From a virus (lineage: Duplodnaviria > Heunggongvirae > Uroviricota > Caudoviricetes): a stretch of 64,000 nucleotides of DNA. Positions 15,708 to 25,083 of this stretch are shown piece after piece; the stretch's first letter is position 1, and each line of letters opens with the position of its first letter. The notes beneath the pieces were generated by a model. That model did not search any database. It was not told the origin of the DNA and was given only the letters and a program-made list of their open reading frames with translations. Both the position numbers and the translations under genes were made by a program. The stretch lies in IMG/VR virus record IMGVR_UViG_3300028914_000001, positions 93,489-157,488 of that record; one strand, 5' to 3'.

Positions 15708-15778
15708 CTCACGTTAAAGGAATCGAACCTTTGTTTCCCGCTGCAGACAGGCAACTCTTCCAGTTAAGCTAAACGTGA
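15708..15778 (-). pseudogene. tRNA-like gene with degenerate anticodon arm (identity undetermined)
   Basis: Perfect acceptor and T arm; anticodon loop TCTGCAG lacks U33. Confidence 0.6.
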
Positions 15779-15781
15779 ATA

Positions 15782-15854
15782 AGCCTGTGGAGAGGCTCGA
15801 ACTCCCGACCAGATGCTTACAAAGCAACTGCTCTACCAACTGAGCTACACAGGC
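15782..15854 (-). tRNA. tRNA-Thr(UGU)
   Basis: Cloverleaf. Confidence 0.92.
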
Positions 15855-15859
15855 GATAA

Positions 15860-16240
15860 AACAACTTCACCAATTCCACCATCATATCGGCCTACACCGA
15901 TATTAACTTCTCCCGCTCCCGAAGCGAGTGTGTCTCCTGATTACAAAGCTAAAATGCTCAGGCTAATAGGCGGCCCTTTTCGGTTGGGTTCCCACAATGG
16001 AGCTACCATCACGATTATCACAACCTATTAGGGGCCGCTTTTCACCTGCGGATGTTTCTGGGAGCTACCCAGAGGTCCATTCTAAACTTGGGGCGTCGTT
16101 TTGCTTTACCGTCCCTACCGTCCCGGCCAGACTTCCTGCGCACTCCGTACTAGCCTGCGAATTTCGTTTCAGCGGATGTATATGCGGTAGTTAACTACCA
16201 CCTGGGAACTATGCCATAACCTGTGTCAACATCCTTTTAA
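15860..16240 (-). ncRNA. candidate structured ncRNA with pseudoknot (~380 nt)
   Basis: GCGGCCC/GGGCCGC crossing AATAGG/CCTATT, plus several hairpins. Confidence 0.5.
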
Positions 16241-16246
16241 ATTTAG

Positions 16247-16319
16247 CTGACATGACTGGACTCGAACCAGTGACCAGACGATTAACAGTCGCCGACTCTA
16301 CCTACTGAGCTACATGTCA
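16247..16319 (-). tRNA. tRNA-Asn(GUU)
   Basis: Cloverleaf, G73. Confidence 0.92.
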
Positions 16320-17095
16320 ATAATATCCCTGGGCACCACCCCTTTCACATGTTGTCATGGGTGCGTCAGGATTGGACGCAGAAAGCTTTACTCAAAGCTA
16401 ACGAACCTACCGCCTGTAACGATGGGTAAACACCGAATGGAGGAAATAGGACCAATTACCGATTACCTTTTACCATTTTAGACGGATTTGTTGTCGGTTG
16501 TGGCACCAAACCCCAACGAACTGGCCGTCGCCAGACATAGAGTTTGCAAACCGTCAGAAAGCCACTTTACCATAAAGCATATACCGAAGTATATACCGAT
16601 GGTTCTCGTCCATCCAACACAAACTGGAAGGACAATAGTCGGGGTAGCCAGATTCGAACTGACGACATCCTGCTCCCAAAGCAGGCGCTCTACCAGACTG
16701 AGCTACACCCCGCAAGTTTTTAAGGTGCTTCCGGCACCACCGTTGAACGGCATAGCGGTTACTCACCGCTAGGAAACGCTGTCGTTCCCTTATTCGGAGA
16801 CCTCCATATGAAGACCCCCGAAAAAGAGAACGCAAGAACGATGCCTTCCGACCTGTATCGAACAAGGCGTTTTCAACATTGCTGCTGACGGTTCCCTCAC
16901 CTACGGGTACACCGTTCTCAACGTCATGATTGTTTAAATCACCCAACACAGTCCATTGCCAAGACTATCATGTGTGAGTAAGGTTATCAACCTAGCAACT
17001 TTTGCAAAGCCGAAATGTCAATCTTCTGAAAGGACTCACGGTCCAATCTGACGCAGGAAAGTAAGTTCGAAACCTTGACTGTTCCCGTTTACGTC
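16320..17095 (-). ncRNA. candidate giant structured ncRNA enclosing tRNA-Pro
   Basis: Dense hairpins on both sides of the tRNA; 17041-17055 is complementary to 16362-16377. Confidence 0.55.
16639..16712 (-). tRNA. tRNA-Pro(UGG)
   Basis: Cloverleaf. Confidence 0.93.
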
Positions 17096-17099
17096 GTCA

Positions 17100-17128
17100 A
17101 TTATAGAAATATTCAAAAGCTTTGTCAA
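17100..17128 (-). promoter_or_regulatory. consensus sigma70 promoter TTGACA-N17-TATAAT
   Basis: Perfect consensus with an A-rich UP-like element; heads the RNA island. Confidence 0.85.
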
Positions 17129-17157
17129 GGGGGAATTCGATATTTTTTTTAAATTTT

Positions 17158-17772
17158 TTATCGAATTTCTTCCGTCGCTCTGAAAGCTATTAGTTCGTAA
17201 CTGTCTTTATCACAATCTCGAACGTACTTTTTGAACGACTCAAAGGATTTGAACATCTCGCCAAGACTCAGGAACATATATTCTCCGACCTCGAAGTCGG
17301 GCGCCCTTAGCTTGGTCTTGCCGCAGATATCAATAATCTCTTCCATTGATAGCTGTCGGTTACTGTCCTTGTCCACCACGTTGATTACGTTGTAGTCATA
17401 GACTGGTTGTCGATAGGTACCCGTTACGGGGTTATCGAGTCTGATGAATTTCAACGTTGCCATTATGGTGATTTCGTAACCGCTTGGCAAGTGTTCTTCG
17501 ATAAGATGTCCAAACTGTTTGGCGATATCGGAGCACACGTTGTATTCATCTCCCTCTGGTGGTGTGAAGTTCGCCAGCTTCGCTGTTCGATTAAACTTCT
17601 TCCACCAAAGATGCCCTGTCTGTTCCAATATCGTACAATACTTCAATTCAAGGCCAATGTCTGCACGCTGGAACCAGAAATGCCTGTTCAAATTATTTGA
17701 ATAAAATTCGAGCAGGGCAGCCTCATCCAGTACGGACAGGTTGATGACATTCATGTCTTCGTATACGCTCAT
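17158..17772 (-). CDS. hypothetical protein
   Basis: GAGGGAG RBS before MSVYEDM. Confidence 0.75.
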   Translation of the reverse strand: MSVYEDMNVINLSVLDEAALLEFYSNNLNRHFWFQRADIGLELKYCTILEQTGHLWWKKFNRTAKLANFTPPEGDEYNVCSDIAKQFGHLIEEHLPSGYEITIMATLKFIRLDNPVTGTYRQPVYDYNVINVVDKDSNRQLSMEEIIDICGKTKLRAPDFEVGEYMFLSLGEMFKSFESFKKYVRDCDKDSYELIAFRATEEIR

Positions 17773-17788
17773 AATGTCTCCCTCTCGG

Positions 17789-18445
17789 TTAATTGTTGAA
17801 CATGTCAATCTGGTCTTTAGAATCAATCTCTTGCAGCAGCGATTCCATTGACTTTGATAATTGTTTATATGTTGACATTCCGTCCGAAATTTTTTTGAGT
17901 GCCTCTTTTGCAGTTTTTTCTGCCTTTTCTATGAGAAATTTGCTTTTATCCTGCTTTTTGGCATCATTTTCCGCCTGTTTTTTCTCTTCGGCAATCAACC
18001 GGGCCAACGATTCGATGCCTTTCTTGGCTTGGTACATGACTAGACCATACTGCTTAATGCGTTCCTTTCCGTCGGGTTTCTTAATGAGGAGGGCTTTAAG
18101 AATGCTTGCATCAATCGGTGAGAGCTTGTATTCCTCGATGATTTCATCGACTCGGGATTCGCTCGGCAGGGAAGATGATGTCGGCCACGTTACACCAGTC
18201 TCTATCTGGCGAACCCTCTCGGAGGAGATATGGATGATTTTCTCGTAGTCAAGCTTCCTAGCTTCCGACTTGGTCATGCCACCTTCGGCCTTCGTGCGGA
18301 GCGTCCTCTTGACGAGGTCTGCATCGAACGGGTTCAACTGGAACTCAATCCACACGTCCCACGGCTGGATTTTATGCTTTGCGTAGTCCGATTTTCCTAC
18401 ATTATGGTTTCTAACACTGTCCGTCGCATTGTTCACTTCTTGCAT
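17789..18445 (-). CDS. DUF3310-like (T7 gp1.7-like) N-terminal domain plus coiled coil
   Basis: NHNVGKSDYAKHKIQPWDVW motif; GGAG RBS. Confidence 0.55.
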   Translation of the reverse strand: MQEVNNATDSVRNHNVGKSDYAKHKIQPWDVWIEFQLNPFDADLVKRTLRTKAEGGMTKSEARKLDYEKIIHISSERVRQIETGVTWPTSSSLPSESRVDEIIEEYKLSPIDASILKALLIKKPDGKERIKQYGLVMYQAKKGIESLARLIAEEKKQAENDAKKQDKSKFLIEKAEKTAKEALKKISDGMSTYKQLSKSMESLLQEIDSKDQIDMFNN

Positions 18446-18468
18446 TTGGAGTCTCCTGTTTGAATACA

Positions 18469-19269
18469 CTAAAATAAATTATTTGGAACCAAGTCTATCA
18501 CGAAATCTTCCTTTTTTAGAGAATTGTAATCATAGGGTTTCTCACTGGGGTATCCCATCGGGTTGATATAGAGGTGGCCGACCTGATATGCTGTATGGGT
18601 ATGGCCAGCACACCAGATGGCGTCTGGTTTCAGCATGCCGATATATTCAGGAGAGAAATAGTAGTAGACCGAGTTGAACTTGTCATGCTCGTCCGGGACA
18701 CGGAAATTGATAGGAGCGAAGTGGGTGACCATGACATCGGGCTTCTGTGCGAGGACGGACCTGCACTGCTGGTTCAACCTCTCACGAATCCGAACTATAT
18801 CGTTGTCCATGTAGTTCCAATACTTGCCGTCATAGGTCTTCGACACCCAGTTGCTGTCCACTTCCTTCCTGGAATGCGGTATGTCGAGGTATTTCAGGAA
18901 GGTGTAATCCCATATCCCAATGCAGCCACCGATATTGACACCGCCGACATTTTCCACATTCCCATCCAGCATGTGAAGGTTGTCTATGGAGTCTGCCAGC
19001 TTATGGAAACATTCAATCTTGGCTTCCGTATTCCTGAACTTGCCGTTGTCGAGATGTACGCTCATGTCATGGTTTCCCATACAGAAAAGGACATGGCTAT
19101 ACATGTCACATAACCGAACAAGAATTTCACGGGCGGCATTAAACTTGCTTGCCATATCCCCAGGGATAATCAGTATATCCGCAGGAAGGAAACTGGATAC
19201 GAAAGTATCCATCGACATCTCCTTCTTGTAGTAGTCGTAGTGAAAATCCGAGAAAATAAAGGCCTTCAT
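18469..19269 (-). CDS. calcineurin-like metallophosphoesterase
   Basis: SDFH, GD, GNHD, THFAP and GHTH motifs. Confidence 0.9.
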   Translation of the reverse strand: MKAFIFSDFHYDYYKKEMSMDTFVSSFLPADILIIPGDMASKFNAAREILVRLCDMYSHVLFCMGNHDMSVHLDNGKFRNTEAKIECFHKLADSIDNLHMLDGNVENVGGVNIGGCIGIWDYTFLKYLDIPHSRKEVDSNWVSKTYDGKYWNYMDNDIVRIRERLNQQCRSVLAQKPDVMVTHFAPINFRVPDEHDKFNSVYYYFSPEYIGMLKPDAIWCAGHTHTAYQVGHLYINPMGYPSEKPYDYNSLKKEDFVIDLVPNNLF

Positions 19270-19275
19270 ACCACA

Positions 19276-19304
19276 AATATAGGATATGAAGGCCGATTTG
19301 TCAA
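19276..19304 (-). promoter_or_regulatory. sigma70-type promoter TTGACA-N17-TATATT (predicted leaderless mRNA)
   Basis: The -10 box lies 6 nt before the ATG at 19269. Confidence 0.75.
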
Positions 19305-19328
19305 TGACACTTTACACTAGGCATCAAG

Positions 19329-20198
19329 TCAAAGCAAGTCATTTTCCTTAGGCGGTGCCTTCGAGAACAGGTCGGAATCTCGTCCAAAACGCTTCTTGGT
19401 AAACGCCCTTTGTCCACCCGGCATATTGTGCCAACCGAACCACACCTTGTCACTATTGTCAAGATACATTGACGGAACACGACCATTGAACTTTACGTCT
19501 GCAATATACGCCATCCTGTTGGATAGGTCGGCATACTTTCTCTTGGTAGCTTCATTGTCTGCGGCTGACATACCTGCATTAAGCGGGTGCATGAGCGCCT
19601 TATCCAAGCAATACTGTCCGATAAGGTCAGCCGTTCCACCATGTGCCAAGGCATCATTTATTACGGGGTCGTTCTTGTAAGCAGCGATACCTGAACCACG
19701 GGTCAGGAACTTATGCTTCAAGCAGTCTCTTTCCCATTGGAGATATCGGCGGAAGTCAGTTCTATCCTTCCTGCTCTTATCAAACATCATATTGAGCCAT
19801 GCCTTCGCCTGTGCATCGGCATCGTATCTCTTTTCTTCGTCACTATATGTAGAATCCGCTGCGAAGTTCTTGATTCTCGGAATCCACGTTAGTTTGCTCA
19901 GGTCCACCTTATACCAGTCGTTCTCAGGCTCCCTTAGCTTATAGTGGTCTCTCACTTCCATCCACTTCTTGTTAAGCTCATCGTGTAATTCTTCATCAGT
20001 AGGGTGTTGAAGTTGTAGGAAATATGCGTACGCATCCATCCTCTCGTTGACTTCGTTGATGATGTCACCAATGTTCTCACCGTTAATCTTCGGCCTGTTC
20101 ATGGTAATCTTATACAGATTGCTGGTAGCTTCCAACTGAGCCGGGGTAAGTCCCAGCTGAGATATAGCTTCCATGAAAATTGCGTAGTTGTCCGTCAT
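19329..20198 (-). CDS. hypothetical protein with the shared N-terminal module
   Basis: FMEAISQLGLTPAQLEATSNLY. Confidence 0.8.
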   Translation of the reverse strand: MTDNYAIFMEAISQLGLTPAQLEATSNLYKITMNRPKINGENIGDIINEVNERMDAYAYFLQLQHPTDEELHDELNKKWMEVRDHYKLREPENDWYKVDLSKLTWIPRIKNFAADSTYSDEEKRYDADAQAKAWLNMMFDKSRKDRTDFRRYLQWERDCLKHKFLTRGSGIAAYKNDPVINDALAHGGTADLIGQYCLDKALMHPLNAGMSAADNEATKRKYADLSNRMAYIADVKFNGRVPSMYLDNSDKVWFGWHNMPGGQRAFTKKRFGRDSDLFSKAPPKENDLL

Positions 20199-20218
20199 AA
20201 TCGTCCACCTAAATTCAA

Positions 20219-20575
20219 TTATAGTTTATTGTCCTTCGGTTCAAGCAACTGTTTCAAGTGTTCGTCAATAAATACGATTTCCCAATGATAGGAGTTGACG
20301 ATACCGTTTGCAATCCCGGCAACAAGAGTTCCCGTACGGTTACGGTACACCGCAAAATGGCGTTTCATCCTGTCGGCCAAGATGGTGACTACGGAATCCT
20401 GATATGATATTCCATGCATCTTCTTATGACCAAGCAGTTCAACTTCCTCTACGTTCTTGCCGAAGCGTTTAAGAACATCCACCGCACGCTGTATCATCTC
20501 AGCAACGTCATAGTTGATGAGCAACTTAGGTGCGTTCTGGTCGATTATCTGATTTGTTTGCATGATTGCTTGCAT
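20219..20575 (-). CDS. hypothetical protein
   Basis: 118 aa; TATAAACTA 5 nt upstream. Confidence 0.7.
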   Translation of the reverse strand: MQAIMQTNQIIDQNAPKLLINYDVAEMIQRAVDVLKRFGKNVEEVELLGHKKMHGISYQDSVVTILADRMKRHFAVYRNRTGTLVAGIANGIVNSYHWEIVFIDEHLKQLLEPKDNKL

Positions 20576-20580
20576 ATCTC

Positions 20581-20630
20581 TAGTTTATAACGTCAGGAAA
20601 GACGTTTATTACACCGCATATTATAAACTG
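20581..20630. promoter_or_regulatory. divergent TATAAACT(A/G) motifs
   Basis: Minus copy 20581-20589, plus copy 20622-20630. Confidence 0.6.
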
Positions 20631-20654
20631 TTATTAAGTTTGCAAGGAACATCA

Positions 20655-21437
20655 ATGAAATCTCTTTTTGAGCGAATAGACAAGCTTGACACCAACCTTC
20701 GGATTTCAAGCGAGTGGGCCAAGCGCAAGTACAACGAGTTCAACTCTCGTTTCTTCGGAGGCAAGCTCCCGAAGGACATCAAGTTCGAGATGTCTGGCAC
20801 GCAAAACGCTGTCGGCGACGCATCATGCATTGTCAGCAACCAGCCGTCACCCGGAAGCATTCCCGTAGGTGATAACTTCGTCAGCAAGCTCAAAATACGT
20901 CTATCGAGCTACTTCAACGACATTACCGAGACGGAAGCCGAGGAAGTCCTGCTCCATGAGATGATTCACATCTGGCAGTACGTCACCATTCCGAAGGCCC
21001 AGTGGGGTGCGAACATGCATGGAACATCGTTCACCAACAAGATGAACGAAATCAACAGGATGTCCGGCGGAAAGTACAACGTGACCGCCACCAACGATTC
21101 CAGCATGAAGGCCCGCCACGCTGACGACCTCATGCGGAACAAGAAGGAATACGACGAACTCAGCGAATCAAGGCTCATGTTCATCAAGGACAAAAACAAC
21201 AGCGCCAAGGTTGATGTAATCCGATTCAAGAACGAATCAGATATGAACCAGTTTGCCGAACAGTTCGTCCCGATGCACGAGCTTGAAGTTACGGGAACCG
21301 CTGCCCCGCACGACATCGACGCATACCGATACAGGTTCGGGGCGTTGAAGCCAAACACTGAAGAGAACCGCAACGGATATTACATCATGAACAAGAGGGA
21401 CATCGAAGAGGCCAAGCGTCTCGGTGCGATATCCTAG
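20655..21437 (+). CDS. SprT-like zinc metalloprotease
   Basis: YNEFNSRFFGGKLP, LLHEMIH (HExxH), HGTSF; start MKSLFER with AAGGA RBS. Confidence 0.8.
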   Translation: MKSLFERIDKLDTNLRISSEWAKRKYNEFNSRFFGGKLPKDIKFEMSGTQNAVGDASCIVSNQPSPGSIPVGDNFVSKLKIRLSSYFNDITETEAEEVLLHEMIHIWQYVTIPKAQWGANMHGTSFTNKMNEINRMSGGKYNVTATNDSSMKARHADDLMRNKKEYDELSESRLMFIKDKNNSAKVDVIRFKNESDMNQFAEQFVPMHELEVTGTAAPHDIDAYRYRFGALKPNTEENRNGYYIMNKRDIEEAKRLGAIS

Positions 21438-21448
21438 GAGAGAACACT

Positions 21449-21643
21449 ATGTCATTGAAGAAACACCTGTTCGAAGCAGAAATCAAGAAGCTGAACTTGC
21501 CGCCTGCAATGGAAGCGGCAATCGACGACCTTCACGACGCAACTTTTCCCGAGGATGGCGACGACCCCGAATTTGTCGAGAAGGACTGGAAGTCTGTGGA
21601 CAAGGACCTTGGCGACGGAACGTCGTCAGTCGAAACTACATGA
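21449..21643 (+). CDS. 64-aa protein made of the shared N-terminal module plus an acidic tail
   Basis: AGGAG RBS; FEAEIKKLNLPPAMEAAIDDLHDATF. Confidence 0.7.
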   Translation: MSLKKHLFEAEIKKLNLPPAMEAAIDDLHDATFPEDGDDPEFVEKDWKSVDKDLGDGTSSVETT

Positions 21644-21708
21644 TTTGGCCAACGATAACTTTCGCAATCGTCGTCATAACAATTCTATTGATAACGGGCA
21701 AGGTATAA
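21640..21708 (+). CDS. 22-aa single-TM peptide (MIWPTITFAIVVITILLITGKV)
   Basis: ATGA overlap with the upstream stop; hydrophobic. Confidence 0.45.
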   Translation: MIWPTITFAIVVITILLITGKV

Positions 21709-21711
21709 AGG

Positions 21712-21741
21712 AAAGTTCCATGGGTTAATCCATGGAACTTT
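21712..21741. terminator. bidirectional terminator
   Basis: AAAGTTCCATGG/CCATGGAACTTT between convergent genes. Confidence 0.75.
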
Positions 21742-21753
21742 ATAATTCAACTC

Positions 21754-23373
21754 CTATACATCACTCAGTATAGCTCTCAGGTCATCCATAGTGAATGTCT
21801 TTGCTTTAGCCAAGGCAGTGCAAAACGCCCATTTAAACGTATATTTTTTATCTAATAGTTTTTTGATAGCATTTCGTTTTTCATCAGTGACATTTGTCCA
21901 ACCAGCAAATAGGCCTTGGGTCATTTCGTTATATGCCTTATCCCATTTATCAGACAAGTCACTATTTTTAGCATTCACATAACAATCCTTCACAGCCTTC
22001 ATATACCGTTTGTTATTATCCGCTGTATTCCTCATCATTGATTTATAATCCAATCCCACTCTATGAGATAGTTCAATGTATGTATCATCAACCTTCTCTG
22101 GAATTAAGTCGAACAACTTCTCAGCATCAACTTCAAGGAATGCATTAATGTTATTTATAACGGTAAGTAAGTCCGGGACTTGATATCTGTTGGTCATCGC
22201 ATTTACGTCCAACAAGTGCCTTAGCATATCATCCTTATATTTCTTGTTTACATCACGAGTATCTTTAATAGCACGGGATATATGCCCTTCTTGTCCTTTA
22301 AACTTTGTGCTATCCTTTTGCATCCAAGGCCTATTGGATTTTGGCGGTATATAAGCCGCAGCAATCAATTCCTTAGGAGTATGCAAACGTCCGTCATTCT
22401 TCGCCGCATCATATTTCTCACTGCTTATTCTACAACTTTGATTTGCAATACACTTTGCTGTTTCATCCATTACCCATTTAAATTTGTCAATAGGAACTTC
22501 ATTAAAGGCCATATACTTATTAATATGAAGAGAACGAATTAAGCTGTCTATTGTATTCACCAGATACTTTGGCAAAAAATGTTGCGCCTCACTATACGTG
22601 GTCGAATAACTTGTATTATTTTTCCATACTACCCATGGTATAAAATTGCTAATTTCTTCAAGAACATGTTCGTCTTCTTTTTGCATTAAAGATAAGTTTT
22701 CTTTACCAATATCTTCTCCAAACACATCAATCTGATATTCCCCTTCCCTCGAAATACTCGGTTCTCCCTCATTAACCTTAAACATGCTACTCGCACTTCT
22801 CCTTCCAGATGGAAGTTTTCGCCTATCCATTTTATTGTATTTATCTTTATCAAGTGTAATTTTCAATGTATCAATCTTGTCACGATGCTGTGCTGGTGGG
22901 TTATATGGAATTTCATATTCATCATTAAAATTATCAGAGTTTCCAAAGTCACGCCCTTTACGAATCAATCTGGGCTTTTTCTTATTGAAATCTCTTAATA
23001 CAGGAATCATGTATGGATTAAGGGCAGTCCATACTACATTGTCATATTCGTTAGTATCGCCCGTGTTGCGCCCATAATTCTTATTTTGAATGGTTATGCC
23101 ATTATTCAGTATAGAGTCAACATTATCTGAATGCGTACGATGGAAACGCACCTTAACAGGATGTTGAGCTTTGTACCGTGCCAATTCGACATTTTTATCG
23201 GATTTACCCATGCGTGTATCTTTTGATGGCATATCTCCAGACCGCATGATAGATTTCATCTCGTATAACGGCTGTACACTTTCAAAACAAGCAGTGTACA
23301 AATCAGCACAACTTTTAACTTGATGAGGAGTCAAATCCATAGCTTTTAACGCTTCAATGAAATATTTTTTCAT
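21754..23373 (-). CDS. ADP-ribosyltransferase-like protein with the shared N-terminal module (paralog 1)
   Basis: VRFHRT..NVDSILNNGI ... VVWTALNP ... IDVFGEDIGKENL. Confidence 0.55.
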   Translation of the reverse strand: MKKYFIEALKAMDLTPHQVKSCADLYTACFESVQPLYEMKSIMRSGDMPSKDTRMGKSDKNVELARYKAQHPVKVRFHRTHSDNVDSILNNGITIQNKNYGRNTGDTNEYDNVVWTALNPYMIPVLRDFNKKKPRLIRKGRDFGNSDNFNDEYEIPYNPPAQHRDKIDTLKITLDKDKYNKMDRRKLPSGRRSASSMFKVNEGEPSISREGEYQIDVFGEDIGKENLSLMQKEDEHVLEEISNFIPWVVWKNNTSYSTTYSEAQHFLPKYLVNTIDSLIRSLHINKYMAFNEVPIDKFKWVMDETAKCIANQSCRISSEKYDAAKNDGRLHTPKELIAAAYIPPKSNRPWMQKDSTKFKGQEGHISRAIKDTRDVNKKYKDDMLRHLLDVNAMTNRYQVPDLLTVINNINAFLEVDAEKLFDLIPEKVDDTYIELSHRVGLDYKSMMRNTADNNKRYMKAVKDCYVNAKNSDLSDKWDKAYNEMTQGLFAGWTNVTDEKRNAIKKLLDKKYTFKWAFCTALAKAKTFTMDDLRAILSDV

Positions 23374-23382
23374 AAGGTACCC

Positions 23383-25083
23383 CTATACATACTGCAATTT
23401 GGTTTGCAGCATATTAAACCATTTATTAGTAGCATCGCCTGTCATACCAACGCAAAACGCCCATTTAAACGTATATCTTTTATATAATATTTGTTTTAGA
23501 ACATTGATTTTTTCATCTGATGCCCTATCCTTAAACCTATCTTCAAACAATTCATCACGTAATTTATGCCATTCCTCATATACATCACTATTTTTAGTTC
23601 TTGTATAAAACTCCTCTATACCATCATATAAGGCATCATCACCCTGCCTACCATTATGCATACGTCGTGGTATGGATTCACGGATAAAACTTTCTAAACA
23701 TGGCTTAAACATGTGAATCGACTCATCATACAGGTCTTCTATAAAACGACCAACAGACCAAAACAAACTGTTGTACTTCCTCATACCGCCGTGCGGCGTT
23801 TCTTGTATAGCGTCATCCGAGTGTAGCACATTCATTATAGGGGCATCGTACATCTTATCAGTAAACGAACGTTTATCCCTGCTTATGTCACGAGTATCCC
23901 GCACCGAACGAGATATATGACCTTTTGCCGCCTTGACATTAGACCTGCCTTCAAGCTCTTCCCCCATCCAAGGTCGATTAGATTTCGGCGGTACATAACC
24001 AATTTCCACAACCTCATCAGGACTAATAGGATAATCAACACCTGACGTACGCTCTTTAAATCGTGAACTACTTATTCGATATGGGTGCTGGGCTATGCAC
24101 TTTGAAGTTTCCTGCATTACCCATTTTAATTTTTCGAATGGAACATGAAAGTTGCCACTATTCACTTTCAGTACATACGGCACTTCAGTTACCCGGAAAA
24201 ATTTCCATTGTTCAATCAAGCTAGATATTGAATTTAACAAATAAGATGGCAAAAACTTTTTTACTTGGTTAAAGGTAGTCGAGTATCTACGCCGATGACC
24301 ATCTGCATCAACAACCCATGCAATAAAATTTTCAATTTCTCGAATCACATTTTCATCTTCTTTTTTCATAAGAGATATATTCTCTTTGCCAATATCTTCG
24401 CCAAACACATCTATTTTGTAAGGTCCCTCATGAGAAACACTGGATTCACCTTCGCCAACTTTTTTCATATATTTTGCGCTTTTTCTTCCATCTGGAAGCC
24501 ATCTTCTATCCATTTTATTGTATTTATCTTTATCAAAAGTAAGCTTTAACGTGTCAATATTCGAACGGTATCGTGCTGGAGGATTATATGGATATTCATA
24601 TATATCCTCGTCATCTTCGTCGGGTTCAACCCAATTACCCTTTTCATCCCAATGCGGACGGATTGCTTTATGTAGCAATATAGGTTCTTTTTTGTCGAAT
24701 TTTCTTAATACGGGTATGTTATCTGGATTAAGAGAAGTCCAGACAACAGGGTCATACGCATTCGCATCTCCAGTATTACGTCCATAATTATCATTCTGGG
24801 TCTTTAATCCAGTATTCAGTATTGAATCTACATTACCCGCAGCGGTACGATGGAACCGAACCGTAACAGGATGTTTCGACTTGTATCTTGCCAATTCGAT
24901 ATTTCTATCTGATTTACCAACACGTTTACCTTTTGTATCTGCATCACCAAAGGTAAGCGTATCTTTCATTTCATATAACGGATGTACACTTTCAAAACAG
25001 GCCGTGTACAAATCGCCACAACTTTTAACTTGGCTAGGAGTCAAATCCATCGCTTGTAACGCTTCAATAAAATCCTTTTTCAT
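23383..25083 (-). CDS. ADP-ribosyltransferase-like protein with the shared N-terminal module (paralog 2)
   Basis: VRFHRT..NVDSILNTGL ... VVWTSLNP; clear tandem paralog of 21754..23373. Confidence 0.55.
   Translation of the reverse strand: MKKDFIEALQAMDLTPSQVKSCGDLYTACFESVHPLYEMKDTLTFGDADTKGKRVGKSDRNIELARYKSKHPVTVRFHRTAAGNVDSILNTGLKTQNDNYGRNTGDANAYDPVVWTSLNPDNIPVLRKFDKKEPILLHKAIRPHWDEKGNWVEPDEDDEDIYEYPYNPPARYRSNIDTLKLTFDKDKYNKMDRRWLPDGRKSAKYMKKVGEGESSVSHEGPYKIDVFGEDIGKENISLMKKEDENVIREIENFIAWVVDADGHRRRYSTTFNQVKKFLPSYLLNSISSLIEQWKFFRVTEVPYVLKVNSGNFHVPFEKLKWVMQETSKCIAQHPYRISSSRFKERTSGVDYPISPDEVVEIGYVPPKSNRPWMGEELEGRSNVKAAKGHISRSVRDTRDISRDKRSFTDKMYDAPIMNVLHSDDAIQETPHGGMRKYNSLFWSVGRFIEDLYDESIHMFKPCLESFIRESIPRRMHNGRQGDDALYDGIEEFYTRTKNSDVYEEWHKLRDELFEDRFKDRASDEKINVLKQILYKRYTFKWAFCVGMTGDATNKWFNMLQTKLQYV

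Noticed and set aside
14600-16140. RNase P RNA (GAGGAATCTGTC near 14620; CAGGAAGTCTGG near 16130)
   Set aside because: Only partial similarity to GAGGAAAGUCC, and no matching 3' P4 strand was found.
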